Of a stretch of DNA of 64,000 nt, positions 41,901 to 50,937 are shown piece by piece (the first letter of the stretch is position 1; each line of letters begins with the position of its first letter). A program made the translations under genes and the position numbers. The notes under the pieces were generated by a model that was given only the letters and a program-made list of their open reading frames with translations, made no database searches and had not been told where the DNA came from. This DNA is from a virus, in the IMG/VR virus record IMGVR_UViG_3300027710_000017, positions 1 to 64,000 of that record; one strand, given 5' to 3'.

Positions 41901-44900
41901 ACTAAGTCTCCAGCAGATTCAGCATTAGCTATCCTTTGCTCGTATTCTAACTCTAAAGAGTCGGACATCTGCTGTTGCTGTTCTAATGCCATCTGTTGCA
42001 TTGCTACAGCAGCGCCAGAAGCTAGCCCAAGATCTTCCTTCCTGCCTGTTGACCCTGCAACATATCCAGTAATTCCGCCGCTGACTCCACCAATAATAGT
42101 TCCAGCTACAGCACCAATACCAGTTCCGATTCCTGGAAGGATTGCAGTTCCAATAGCTGCACCAATACCAGCACCGATACCAGCGCCAGCCGCAGCACCC
42201 CCAACCATGGTGCCAATCGCATTCCAGTCAGTTCCTTCAATTGATTTTTTAGCAAGGTCCATCGTTGTCTTAACTTGCTCCTGTTGATCTTCTAGTATTT
42301 CAAGCCTTACTTTAAGTGGGTCCTTAGCTAGGTTTTCTCCATTTGGTCCAAGGATATTAATTAATTGTGCGTTTACCTGAATTCCAAGAGCGTAGTCTCC
42401 CATTTCTTTTGAAATATTTGCGACAACAGATCTTGCCTCAGCTGCAGACATAGCTCCAGAGGCTACTGCTGTAGCCATTTGATTAACTAATTGTGATTGG
42501 GTGGCTACACGGCCGTTAGTTGAAAGTGACTTTGTAACATCACCTATCGCTGTCTTTCCCTCTTCAGTTTGAACAAAAGCTTCTCCAAAAGTTGTCTTTC
42601 CTGTTGCAGTCTGGAATTGGCTCAAAGAGCCTGCCCTTCTTTTATCCATAATTTCACTTGCAGTTGCGTTACCAGCAAACTTGGCAAACTTCTGAAGGGC
42701 TGCGTCGCCTGCGCCTAAGCTACCACTTAAATCAAGAGCACTCTTTTGTGCTGCTTTAAATGCTTCATCTAGCTTATAGGCGGCATACATAGGCAAAGCT
42801 ACAGCTGCAACTAATGCCATCAAGGCTGCGCTAACTGGCCCCTGAATAAACATGGCTAAGGTTGATAGACCAAGCAAAACTGGAGCTATATCTTGAGCAA
42901 CCTTTCCAGCTTCTCCTGGTAGCATCATAGCCGCACCAGTAGCCATGCTTGCACCCATACCAATCATGCCGATACGCTGGGCGCCTTGTGCAAACCTTTG
43001 CTTTGGATCCATTCCAGATCTGGAAGCCGCTAGCCTGCTTTGGGCCTGTTGTCTGCTTATGCGGTTTCCGTTAGCATCTTTATATCCACCCCTTGGACCA
43101 CGTGTCAGCCCTGCGGCTTCGAGTCTTTTTGCTTCTTTTCTATCTAATGCAGCTTGGTTGATAACCTTTCCATTTTCATCAACGACCTGATTTCCAGCCA
43201 TGGTTCCAATAGCTGACCCTATTGGCTTAGCAATAGCATTTCCTACTGCCCTTAGTCCTGATCCTAGCCCAGTGGCGACTGCAGACCCCATCTGCTTTCC
43301 GCTAGCAGCAAGAACACGAGGAGCAAACGCTTCTTTGCGGAATATCCTACCTGATTTTTTGGCTTGCTTATTTTCTTCTGAGTCTGCTTGGGCGGAAGAG
43401 CCAAAAGGATCTCCGTCAAATTTGGGAGGAGCAAAAGTATTTGTAGAAGGAGTTCTAAAAGGATCATTAAGTGGATCATAGCCATCAAAGTACCCTGGAA
43501 TATTATCAGAAATCATAGAGCTAATTAGTGGGGAATACTTCTTTGCCATCTTTGTAGGTATGACCGCTTCCCCTGGAGAAAGCATAGCTGGAACTACGTC
43601 GCCCTTGCCCTTTGGTCCTGGTACTGAAACTACACCAGTCGCAAACTTGTTTCTGCCAAACCTTCTTGCAAGCATCCCCATAACCATTTCAGAAAAAGTT
43701 TTAGCTGGTGCAACTGCTGGCATTTTTTGAGATCCAGCAATGCTATTTCCAGCACTTAATATTTTGCTTAGTTGACTTATAGTTTTTTGAGTTGGAGCTA
43801 TAGGCTTTTCGCTAGTGTTGGACTTTTGAGATCGCCGAGGCTTGGCAACTTCTTTTTCTGCTTTTGAAGATAGTTGACCATAAGACTTTTCTTTGAGCAA
43901 TTTTTCCACAGACTCAAATCTTTCTTTTTGAGCCTTAAGTACATCTGGTCGACCAACCTGATAAATAGAGTTAATTAGTCTGTTTGAAAATGCAAATTTT
44001 TCTTTTTTAGAAAGAGAGTTGTACCTTTCTCTTACACGACTTCTAAGCTCTTCTGGTAACTTTACAGATCCTTGAGACAAGAAGTTTCTTTCAAATTTAT
44101 CTACAAAGCTAGCTCCAAAGATTCTTTGAGAATTTCCGCCTCTTCTGGCACCTATTAGCCTATCCCTTACATTTCCAAAAATTGGGCTGTACTCTTTACC
44201 CCTACTGCTAGCCCCTTGACCAGGCTTTGCTACCGATGTTCTTAGCCTACCAAGCAAATTAAGATCTTGAATCATTGTTTTTGCTGCTGGACTTTTTATT
44301 TTTCTAACTGCTTTTGTTTCGGCCCTTTCGTACATATCTTGAAGGTCCGCCTCTGTTACTGTACGATTAAATGAAGACTTGAGCTCAGACCTCATTGCTT
44401 TGTCAAGATTAAGGGCATAGGACTTTATCTGCCTGTCAGATATGCCGTGTCCCTCAGGAAGCCTAGACAATATTCCAGAACCAAAAAGACCTCTGGGCAT
44501 ACGGCGGAGTGCAGCCAAGTAACCCTTTCCAGTCATTGCTTCTGAACGTATATTAGATGTTGCTCTATTTGCATCGGCCTGCAGTGGTTCTACCATGTTT
44601 GAGAAAAGCTTAAACTCTGTTCCACCTAGCTTGCTGAGTTCAGCTTTAAAGTCTGCCCTCATTTGGTTTGGGTCTAGCCCCATTCTTGCCAAAGCTCCAG
44701 ATCTGACACCTTGCTCAATTTCTCTATCGAAGATTTCAGTGACTTGTTTTCTGCTCAACCTGCCTTCTGGAGAAGCCGACATGTGGGCGCTATCAATAGA
44801 GAAGCTTCTGTCAAATTCAAATGATTTAGGAGCTGACGATGTTCCATTTTCATATCCAGGAACTCCCATGCCCCTAAACAATCTTGCAACAAATCCAGAG

Positions 44901-47833
44901 CCAGATACACGTACGCCTGCCAGGCCTGCAGCTCGCAACTCAGCCTTTAGCTGTTTTGCAATAGCTGGATCACGTGCAATAATCTTGTCTATTTCTTTAA
45001 ACCCAAACCCGCCTGGAGTGTGTGTTTCTATGTATGGAGATCTTGGGTTTATCGAATACTGATTCTTAGTTCCTGGAACCAAATTACTACCAAATGGCAT
45101 TCCAAGTCTTTCAAATGACCCTAGCTGTTTTGAAGATGCTCCACGCATTGGTGCTGGACGCATTGAACTTTGGATTCTTCCCAAACTGAGGCCAGAATTC
45201 TTTGCTCTAACATATTCCATCAATGTGTCGTTAGGATATGCAGACGATCTTCTAGCTACAGCAGATTTTGTGATAAGGTCTATATTGCCATACCTGCTTA
45301 AAGATTTTTCGCTAGGATTAGTAGTAAGAGAGTTAAAGTTCTTTCCCTTAATTCCAAATACTCTATTAATTAAAGATTGCAAAATTGAGGTTTTTGCATA
45401 GCCGTAAGTTGGTCTTTTTGAAGAAGAGGTTGATTTTGGATCTAGCCCAAACAGATCTCTTTCCATGTCCGATCTAGCCTGCTTTTGTCTTGGATTCAAT
45501 ATTCCATATTTAGTTAAATAGTCTGCTCCAGACTGGGTATCAAATGCGCTCTGATACTTTCCACCTTTTCCATTAGCTCGTAAAGCCCGTACAAAGTCTT
45601 CAGACCTCATTCTTGTTGCAACGTTAGATCGGCTCAGCATAGATGCAAATGGATTAAACCCAAATCGGAACCCAGGAATATTATCCGAAATCATGGATGA
45701 TACTAGTCCACGATATTTCTTTGCCTGTTTTGCTGGAATAACAGCCTCTCCTGGTGAGAGCATAGCTGGAACAACATCTCCAGCTCCCTTTGGACCAGGA
45801 ACAGATAAAACTCCAGATGCATACTTTTTTGGAGTTTTGCCCCTTGGCATAACTGGAGCACCAGTTTCAGGATTTCTTCCAAGAAGTCTTGACTGCTGAA
45901 CTACAGCTCTTGCATAAGAAGAAGCCAGTCTGTCAACAGCTCCAGCCTCCACTGCAAAAGTCTGGATTAATCTTGAGTGTGACTGGTTTAGTGAGGAGGC
46001 TACAGCGTTAGCTTCTAGCTGTTGCTGTGTCATGTAGTCTGTTGAAATTCCCAGGCTTCTAGAGGATTGCCCAGTTTTTGAGAATACCCCCATAACGTTT
46101 GCAAAAAGCTTAATTAAGTTTGCGGCTCCGTTAGCAATAAGACCAAACATCATTAAGAAGACTGGTCCAATACCACCAATTAGTGTGGTAGCTACAACAG
46201 CAAACTGCTTTGCGCCGTCACTTAAGTTATTAAAGTTCTTTAAGACTTCTGCACCAAACTGTACTAGTGGGGTAATCGCCTTTAAGAATTCTGCTCCGAC
46301 AGGAGCTAGTGCTGCCTGAAACTTTTCAAGTTGATTTTGAAATTTAAATAGTGGAGACTCTTCAACTCTCTTTAACTCTCGCTCAGAGATAATTGCAAGC
46401 TCCTCAGACGTAGCATTTGCTAGCTTTAGAACTTTTTGTGCCTGAGAGCCATCCTTGATAACGTTCTGGAACAAAGTAGATAGACGTGAAAACTGGAATT
46501 TTCCAAACAGCTGCTCAATAGCCCTTGCACGATTTAAAGGATCTAGAGTGTCTAGGGCTTGCGCAAAGCCAATTACAATGCCTTTGACATCTCCCTTATT
46601 TGCCTGAACAATACCCTTGACATTTATACCAAAGCCATTGAGCATTTCTGCTGCTTTTCCTGTAGGGTTGATCAAAGCTGCAAGACCAGACTTTAGGGCG
46701 TTAGCACCTTCGGAGGCATTAATTCCACCTTCCTTCATGGCTGTCAGGAAGAACGCTAGGTCTTCTACATCTCCACCAAGCTGCTTTACGACAGGACCTG
46801 CTTTTGGAATTGCAATAGTCAGGTCGTTGATGGCAGTTACTGTTTCATTTTCTACAGAGTTTAGGAAGTCAATCTTTCCAGCTAGCTGTTCGGCTGCGAC
46901 CCCAAATGCATTTGTAACTGATATTGTGGCTCTTAAAGCTTCTTGCTGATCTACTTCACCTAATACTGCAAGCCTTGTGGCTTCTGTAACCTGAGCTCTA
47001 AGAGCAGCACCTGTCAAACCCATCTGAGCTGCATCTGCGGCTAGCTCCAAAGTTTTATTTACTTCAATACCATATTTTGTAAATCCATCTGCAAGCCTCT
47101 TCATATCCTCTAAGGCTTTATCAGTTGCCTCTTCGGTATCAAAGGCTTCTCCATAAACACGCTTAAAACGTATGGCCTGCTTTTCAACTTTTTCAAATTC
47201 TTTAACGGCCATAGATCCAAAGATAGCCAAAGGTATTGTGAAACCAACCATAAGCTGGCGACCAGCCCACTGAGTATTTTTACCAAAGTTTAGAAGGTTG
47301 GTAGATCCTTGCTTTACAAGCTGATTAAATAACTGTTGCTTCTGAGCAGCGATGGCAGTTTTGGTTGCCAGGTTTTCCATGTCTAAAGCTAAAGGCCGAA
47401 CAGCAATGGCCTTCATTGCACCACTGCCGTCACGGCCTAGCTTAACATACTGCGTCTGTAGGGTCTTTACTCTTTCACGAGCGACCTTTTCAATTGTGTC
47501 AAATTCACTTCTAAATAATCTACCGAAAGTTTTTGTGGATGCTCCAGCATACCTAAAGTACTCTCCCATGGAGAGCTTGTTTCTTTCAAGTGCAGTAGTA
47601 AAAGACTCTGCAGTTGTAGATATATTTTTTACACTAGCGGCAAACTGTCCAGTTGCATTTATATTATTTATTAAATTGCGCTGGATGTTTTGTGCGGATG
47701 CTGCCTGCTGTGCCCCGCTTTTGAGAAGCTGAGCGTTTAACTGAGATATCTGCCTCTGCAGGTTTTTTATTTCTGCTATACCCACAGATGTGTCAACATT
47801 AATTATAATGTCTGATCTGATATCATCAGCCAT
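38912..47833 (-). CDS. Tape measure protein with internal repeat-delimited cargo domains
   Basis: 2973 aa; TP901-type core (GINASEGANALKSGL), TM/glycine-zipper segments, coiled coils, three VPAMLxPGE modules. Confidence 0.92.
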   Translation of the reverse strand: MADDIRSDIIINVDTSVGIAEIKNLQRQISQLNAQLLKSGAQQAASAQNIQRNLINNINATGQFAASVKNISTTAESFTTALERNKLSMGEYFRYAGASTKTFGRLFRSEFDTIEKVARERVKTLQTQYVKLGRDGSGAMKAIAVRPLALDMENLATKTAIAAQKQQLFNQLVKQGSTNLLNFGKNTQWAGRQLMVGFTIPLAIFGSMAVKEFEKVEKQAIRFKRVYGEAFDTEEATDKALEDMKRLADGFTKYGIEVNKTLELAADAAQMGLTGAALRAQVTEATRLAVLGEVDQQEALRATISVTNAFGVAAEQLAGKIDFLNSVENETVTAINDLTIAIPKAGPVVKQLGGDVEDLAFFLTAMKEGGINASEGANALKSGLAALINPTGKAAEMLNGFGINVKGIVQANKGDVKGIVIGFAQALDTLDPLNRARAIEQLFGKFQFSRLSTLFQNVIKDGSQAQKVLKLANATSEELAIISERELKRVEESPLFKFQNQLEKFQAALAPVGAEFLKAITPLVQFGAEVLKNFNNLSDGAKQFAVVATTLIGGIGPVFLMMFGLIANGAANLIKLFANVMGVFSKTGQSSRSLGISTDYMTQQQLEANAVASSLNQSHSRLIQTFAVEAGAVDRLASSYARAVVQQSRLLGRNPETGAPVMPRGKTPKKYASGVLSVPGPKGAGDVVPAMLSPGEAVIPAKQAKKYRGLVSSMISDNIPGFRFGFNPFASMLSRSNVATRMRSEDFVRALRANGKGGKYQSAFDTQSGADYLTKYGILNPRQKQARSDMERDLFGLDPKSTSSSKRPTYGYAKTSILQSLINRVFGIKGKNFNSLTTNPSEKSLSRYGNIDLITKSAVARRSSAYPNDTLMEYVRAKNSGLSLGRIQSSMRPAPMRGASSKQLGSFERLGMPFGSNLVPGTKNQYSINPRSPYIETHTPGGFGFKEIDKIIARDPAIAKQLKAELRAAGLAGVRVSGSGFVARLFRGMGVPGYENGTSSAPKSFEFDRSFSIDSAHMSASPEGRLSRKQVTEIFDREIEQGVRSGALARMGLDPNQMRADFKAELSKLGGTEFKLFSNMVEPLQADANRATSNIRSEAMTGKGYLAALRRMPRGLFGSGILSRLPEGHGISDRQIKSYALNLDKAMRSELKSSFNRTVTEADLQDMYERAETKAVRKIKSPAAKTMIQDLNLLGRLRTSVAKPGQGASSRGKEYSPIFGNVRDRLIGARRGGNSQRIFGASFVDKFERNFLSQGSVKLPEELRSRVRERYNSLSKKEKFAFSNRLINSIYQVGRPDVLKAQKERFESVEKLLKEKSYGQLSSKAEKEVAKPRRSQKSNTSEKPIAPTQKTISQLSKILSAGNSIAGSQKMPAVAPAKTFSEMVMGMLARRFGRNKFATGVVSVPGPKGKGDVVPAMLSPGEAVIPTKMAKKYSPLISSMISDNIPGYFDGYDPLNDPFRTPSTNTFAPPKFDGDPFGSSAQADSEENKQAKKSGRIFRKEAFAPRVLAASGKQMGSAVATGLGSGLRAVGNAIAKPIGSAIGTMAGNQVVDENGKVINQAALDRKEAKRLEAAGLTRGPRGGYKDANGNRISRQQAQSRLAASRSGMDPKQRFAQGAQRIGMIGMGASMATGAAMMLPGEAGKVAQDIAPVLLGLSTLAMFIQGPVSAALMALVAAVALPMYAAYKLDEAFKAAQKSALDLSGSLGAGDAALQKFAKFAGNATASEIMDKRRAGSLSQFQTATGKTTFGEAFVQTEEGKTAIGDVTKSLSTNGRVATQSQLVNQMATAVASGAMSAAEARSVVANISKEMGDYALGIQVNAQLINILGPNGENLAKDPLKVRLEILEDQQEQVKTTMDLAKKSIEGTDWNAIGTMVGGAAAGAGIGAGIGAAIGTAILPGIGTGIGAVAGTIIGGVSGGITGYVAGSTGRKEDLGLASGAAVAMQQMALEQQQQMSDSLELEYEQRIANAESAGDLVKKAKLLKELEDARVDILTQNQKLTTGIMESYKTASPELQDALMTGAKTSVTAAYKDTPMAAVAALGLKNLESSNLTPEKKYLVTMQLASKEVDPVQLVNILSMPESTQTRTVNIITKYGGAFANQVSAMTQFFTDPVTGKPIDSVVSSFVAQVDGAKTSKEAADIIDFYTKVTQASGKDAAFAVDFFIKNPTAAKKLQGMYDEIDKIKGPITVKVVADIVGAENLNLVGQDIAEFEKLTEEGKEIFLRTYATIISSVKTVHDPKVQAWLKSEGAAWANSPDPIILKEYAEAMSFQKAETGNADMTLGDFDPNAKTPPTGGAKQDPYEEPLQRLREIREAAVKATGGITELNKWLGGNKNMKQFKGIEQQLIGRGVNRTFIDYLLGLDKDIQDKFIRVKNGIVTLKEAGKNMAKVFNEIALGEFQVGLKEASRDALNQSTAFNKLVAAGMSVAEALKAIEDPAVAAAIASKDISSKELKQLGKDANDSAAKVGLVASRLQLIEDIQQASGESAMKNAFSTNNTKFTELQQAAIEFDSTLSETYQKFLSGMITELPAEFATRMQQVINDIDFKQSVFDDGFNKAMEAFSAQEEKLQIDMEIKLKDFSIAGVAQKGAREILAQAQREIAALQFQMDNLQAGIQEIEWQEDSVNEKYDKRLDALDKIEKANDAISAQQKTQISLADALSQGDIAAAARAAQEMRAQSAQGAIGTQRDMLEASRQGALSNLRSSGGKSRTELEAEILRVEKEIFKIEETRLEPAAEAVRIAEANLAVATEALTVLNKTKLEWTQIKNGIDLAVTSSQPFKDAMQAALDIVKDIVSHWNSLGSKTLSAALPPAPATSTRESVTYDPTRGYFVPVADARVNTGIVFRDPLTGDKFTSPTGNTPYNAKGAKLMMSQGGPVPYMGDGGIFEPKGTDTVPAMLTPGEFVVRKYAVEKYGVDKMKAINNGTHSSDSVYNYEVNVNVKTDANADQIARSVIGQIKQIDSQRIRGNKF
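43481..43651 (-). repeat. 57-aa internal repeat, copy 2, in the TMP
   Basis: NKFATGVVSVPGPKGKGDVVPAMLSPGEAVIPTKMAKKYSPLISSMISDNIPGYFDG. Confidence 0.9.
45659..45829 (-). repeat. 57-aa internal repeat, copy 1, in the TMP
   Basis: KKYASGVLSVPGPKGAGDVVPAMLSPGEAVIPAKQAKKYRGLVSSMISDNIPGFRFG; 44/57 identical to copy 2. Confidence 0.9.
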
Positions 47834-47864
47834 GCATTAGCACCTCCTAGCCGCTAGTCCATAT

Positions 47865-48176
47865 TTAGTTGTTTATTCTACCGAAGATACTTGAGTTCCC
47901 CGATGCTTCTTCAACAATCTTGTACACTGTTGGAAGGTCTAGTAGATCTTCCAAAACTTTTACATCCCCTGCTAGCTCTGGCTTAAACTGCTGCATAGCA
48001 ATCTGAACACACTCGATAAGGAGATTCATAGACTTCTCGTTGTCTTCTGAAACTTCCTGAATTTCCTGAAACTTCTTCAAGAATGGTCTCAAAAGAGAAA
48101 TCTTTAGAGGCCTGATCTGGATCTCCTGACCATCTAGCAATGTTACCTTTTTTTCTTCGTTTACTGTAGTTGCCAT
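47865..48176 (-). CDS. Tail assembly chaperone (G-like, short form)
   Basis: Between tail tube and TMP; paralogous to the N-terminal half of 48233..48925; SD AGGAAGGA. Confidence 0.7.
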   Translation of the reverse strand: MATTVNEEKKVTLLDGQEIQIRPLKISLLRPFLKKFQEIQEVSEDNEKSMNLLIECVQIAMQQFKPELAGDVKVLEDLLDLPTVYKIVEEASGNSSIFGRINN

Positions 48177-48232
48177 AGTAATAGTTCCTTCCTAGGTTTT
48201 TTGTGGCTTTGATAATTATATCACAAAGAGGG

Positions 48233-48925
48233 CTATTTTTTAGTTAAATCTTCGTAACCCAAGCCCATGCCTATTCCAAATCCTGCCTTCTGTGCATTGT
48301 ACCCCTGAAGTGCAGTAATGTCATTTGAGTCTTTAGCCTTGCCTTTACTAAATACTCTAGCTTTCATTTCTTCCCAAGCATTGCTGTTTTGTCTTCCAGT
48401 TTGCTTATCTAAATCTACTCCCTGAATTGCCGCAAAAAACTTTTTCTCTTGATAGTCTAGCTCTCTTTTAGTCTCTAGCATTGACGTTAGCTCTGGCATA
48501 GATATATTGGATTCCATCTCTTCATAATTTTTCCAGATGCCCGTCAAGAAGGCCTCGGCTTCTAGCTTTACAAGATCTAATCCAGACCAGTCTGCACCGC
48601 TTGAAACAGCCTGTTCCTTTACTTCTTTGTCGCTTTCCTTTTTTATTTTAATACCTGCGGCTACGTCTATAATTTTATATATTGAGTTTAGGTCAAGGCT
48701 TTCTTCTAGGTCAGACATGGTCTTTATTGGTGGGTAATATTGTTGCATGCATATCCTGGCACACTCAGAAAGAAAGAATATGGCGTCATCATCAGTTTTT
48801 GCTGTTTTGACAAACTCAAAAGCATCCATAAACTGACGCAAATATTTTATCTTAAGTGGGGATATTTCAATGGTATTACCATCGAATAGCTCAATAACAG
48901 ATGTCTCGTATACTCTAGTTGCCAT
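48233..48925 (-). CDS. Tail assembly chaperone (G-T-like, in-frame long form)
   Basis: G-like N-terminal half plus extension WKNYEEMESNISMPEL; leaderless TGGTATAAT-6 nt-ATG. Confidence 0.65.
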   Translation of the reverse strand: MATRVYETSVIELFDGNTIEISPLKIKYLRQFMDAFEFVKTAKTDDDAIFFLSECARICMQQYYPPIKTMSDLEESLDLNSIYKIIDVAAGIKIKKESDKEVKEQAVSSGADWSGLDLVKLEAEAFLTGIWKNYEEMESNISMPELTSMLETKRELDYQEKKFFAAIQGVDLDKQTGRQNSNAWEEMKARVFSKGKAKDSNDITALQGYNAQKAGFGIGMGLGYEDLTKK

Positions 48926-48940
48926 GGCTCTATTATACCA

Positions 48941-48980
48941 AAAGCAAACTGCCCCAGCAACTTAATGCCAGGGCAGTTCT
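48941..48980 (-). terminator. Rho-independent terminator after the major tail gene
   Basis: AACTGCCCTGGCA-TTAAGT-TGCTGGGGCAGTT-TGCTTTT. Confidence 0.75.
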
Positions 48981-49000
48981 ATTTAATTATATTTAAGCTA

Positions 49001-49624
49001 TTAGCTTGCTGGGATTGTACGGTCCACGATCTTTCCGTATGACGCTGAGTCATTTGGAAGCAAACGGAACGAAACTTCAAACATTGTTGCTTCGTCACGC
49101 TTAGCGCCTACAGTAACACTCTCAATAGAAAGTGCACGGTAAGCAACGTAAATACGTTCAATCTGGTCAGATGCTGCACAGTCACCAGTTCCTGGGCCGA
49201 CAGCTACTAGACCACGCTCTACTGGACACTCTCCAATGTCACCTGCGGACAGGTTCATTGTTGGGTTTCCAGCAACAGTAGTTAGGTCATCATCCTTTGC
49301 AGCTAGTGCAAATAGAAGATTCTCTAGTGTAGCTTCAGCAAAAGCAGTATTCAGGTTAACCTGCATACCCTGCTTGTATAGCTTAGCAACATCTAGAACC
49401 TGGTCAACCTGGACTTCTCCGAAGTCAGGCTGGAATACGATCTCAAGACCATTCATTGTGTAACCAACGTTACGGAAGTCAGCATCGTCAGACAAGGTTG
49501 TCTTGTACGATACGTCGTCTGTATATGCTGGTAGATCACCGTCTGTCAAAAGACCGTTTTCGTAAGTAAATAGAGCAGCTGCACCAACAATAATTTGTGA
49601 GCTATTACCACGTGTATATGCCAT
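49001..49624 (-). CDS. Major tail (tube) protein
   Basis: IIVGAAALF, NVGYTMNGL, FAEATLENL, FEVSFRLLP; strong SD GAGGTG; terminator behind it. Confidence 0.82.
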   Translation of the reverse strand: MAYTRGNSSQIIVGAAALFTYENGLLTDGDLPAYTDDVSYKTTLSDDADFRNVGYTMNGLEIVFQPDFGEVQVDQVLDVAKLYKQGMQVNLNTAFAEATLENLLFALAAKDDDLTTVAGNPTMNLSAGDIGECPVERGLVAVGPGTGDCAASDQIERIYVAYRALSIESVTVGAKRDEATMFEVSFRLLPNDSASYGKIVDRTIPAS

Positions 49625-49693
49625 AATTTTTCACCTCTTTTTCGTTTTATGGATAAGAGGGCTTTGTTTCCTCAAGCTAATTATAGCACCCTT

Positions 49694-50269
49694 TTATAGA
49701 TTGGTAGTATTGTAGGAGACGTTTCCCTGAGAATATCCCTTGGTGTGATAGCAATAATCTATGATAATCTTGTTTCCAGCATAGGTCCTGGCAGTACCAA
49801 AGTCAATAATATCCCTGGTTTCCTCTAGTTGATAGATTTTGATGTCGTGAAAATATACTGGTAAAAACTCACCTTTATAAAGCTTGGTTACTGGGTTATA
49901 ATTTGGACTATTTACGATCCAAGCATTAAGATCTTCTGCTGATTCATCGCCACGATCTAGAAGATCCTGAACAACCTGGGTTGCAAAAACAAGTGCCTCA
50001 GAGTCGCTATGCATCTTATAGAAGTAGTAAAGTAGCTGCTCATCCTTAATGTGTGGGAAGGCACGCCTTCTCATCTTAAACATTCTGTCATATACCGCAA
50101 AAACATCAGCCGATGCGTCTGGGAAATTCTCAGTTAGTGCCTGAAGGTCTGTTGGGGCTGTAGGGAAAAACCTCATTATACTACCATTAAATCTTTCTGG
50201 ACCCAAAATTTCTGGGATCTTTTCCGAGAGATAGTCATTAATAAATATTGGTGGGTAAGAGTATGCCAT
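49694..50269 (-). CDS. Tail terminator-like protein
   Basis: Position and size between the neck genes and the tail tube. Confidence 0.5.
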   Translation of the reverse strand: MAYSYPPIFINDYLSEKIPEILGPERFNGSIMRFFPTAPTDLQALTENFPDASADVFAVYDRMFKMRRRAFPHIKDEQLLYYFYKMHSDSEALVFATQVVQDLLDRGDESAEDLNAWIVNSPNYNPVTKLYKGEFLPVYFHDIKIYQLEETRDIIDFGTARTYAGNKIIIDYCYHTKGYSQGNVSYNTTNL

Positions 50270-50937
50270 TATAAGACACCCGCCTTTCTAATCCAATTAA
50301 GCCCAACAGCAATGCCACGAGATCTACCGCCACGCTTAGCAGAGCTAAAATTAGTTTTAAAATCAACTGGGTTGCGAAGATAGTTTGCTATACCAGTTGA
50401 CTCTAGAAAAGACTGCCTAAAGTATCTAGAGAAAAATGAATCAAACACTCTTTCATATTCTCCCTGTACCATACCACCTGGATTATCTACTGTAACTGGA
50501 GCAGATGTAAAAACCTCTTCGCCATCATCCTCAAACGCAAGCACCTTTTGTTTAGGAACTATTGTTACTGGTATGCCATTCTCCATTATTTCTGCCTTGT
50601 TGTAAAATGGAACAGTAGATCCATCTTTTATAGCTCTCGACTGCTTAAACTTAGAATTGAAAGAAAGGCCATTTCCTTTGACTGTATAAGTTAGATTAAA
50701 TAATCTTGCATCTGGGGAACCCGTCTGGTTCCATTCGTATACGTGGTGTAGCAACTGAGGGTTTACCCTAGCGTTCGAATCTATATATTGCTTTAATGCT
50801 ACCAAGGATGTTTCTCCAAATGATTTTAAAAAAGATGGTAGGCCTCTTTTTACACCATCTAAAAACCCAAAAGTATAGTCAACCATATTATCCATATCAC
50901 GCATAAACTTTTTATTATTAACTTTTAGCCTAATCAT
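50269..50937 (-). CDS. Neck/tail-completion protein
   Basis: LHHVYEW, KAEIMENG..VTIVPK; position. Confidence 0.55.
   Translation of the reverse strand: MIRLKVNNKKFMRDMDNMVDYTFGFLDGVKRGLPSFLKSFGETSLVALKQYIDSNARVNPQLLHHVYEWNQTGSPDARLFNLTYTVKGNGLSFNSKFKQSRAIKDGSTVPFYNKAEIMENGIPVTIVPKQKVLAFEDDGEEVFTSAPVTVDNPGGMVQGEYERVFDSFFSRYFRQSFLESTGIANYLRNPVDFKTNFSSAKRGGRSRGIAVGLNWIRKAGVL

Noticed and set aside
43481-45829. TMP repeats as a recent DNA duplication or mobile-element ends
   Set aside because: Synonymous positions are largely diverged while the protein is conserved; no transposase or terminal repeats
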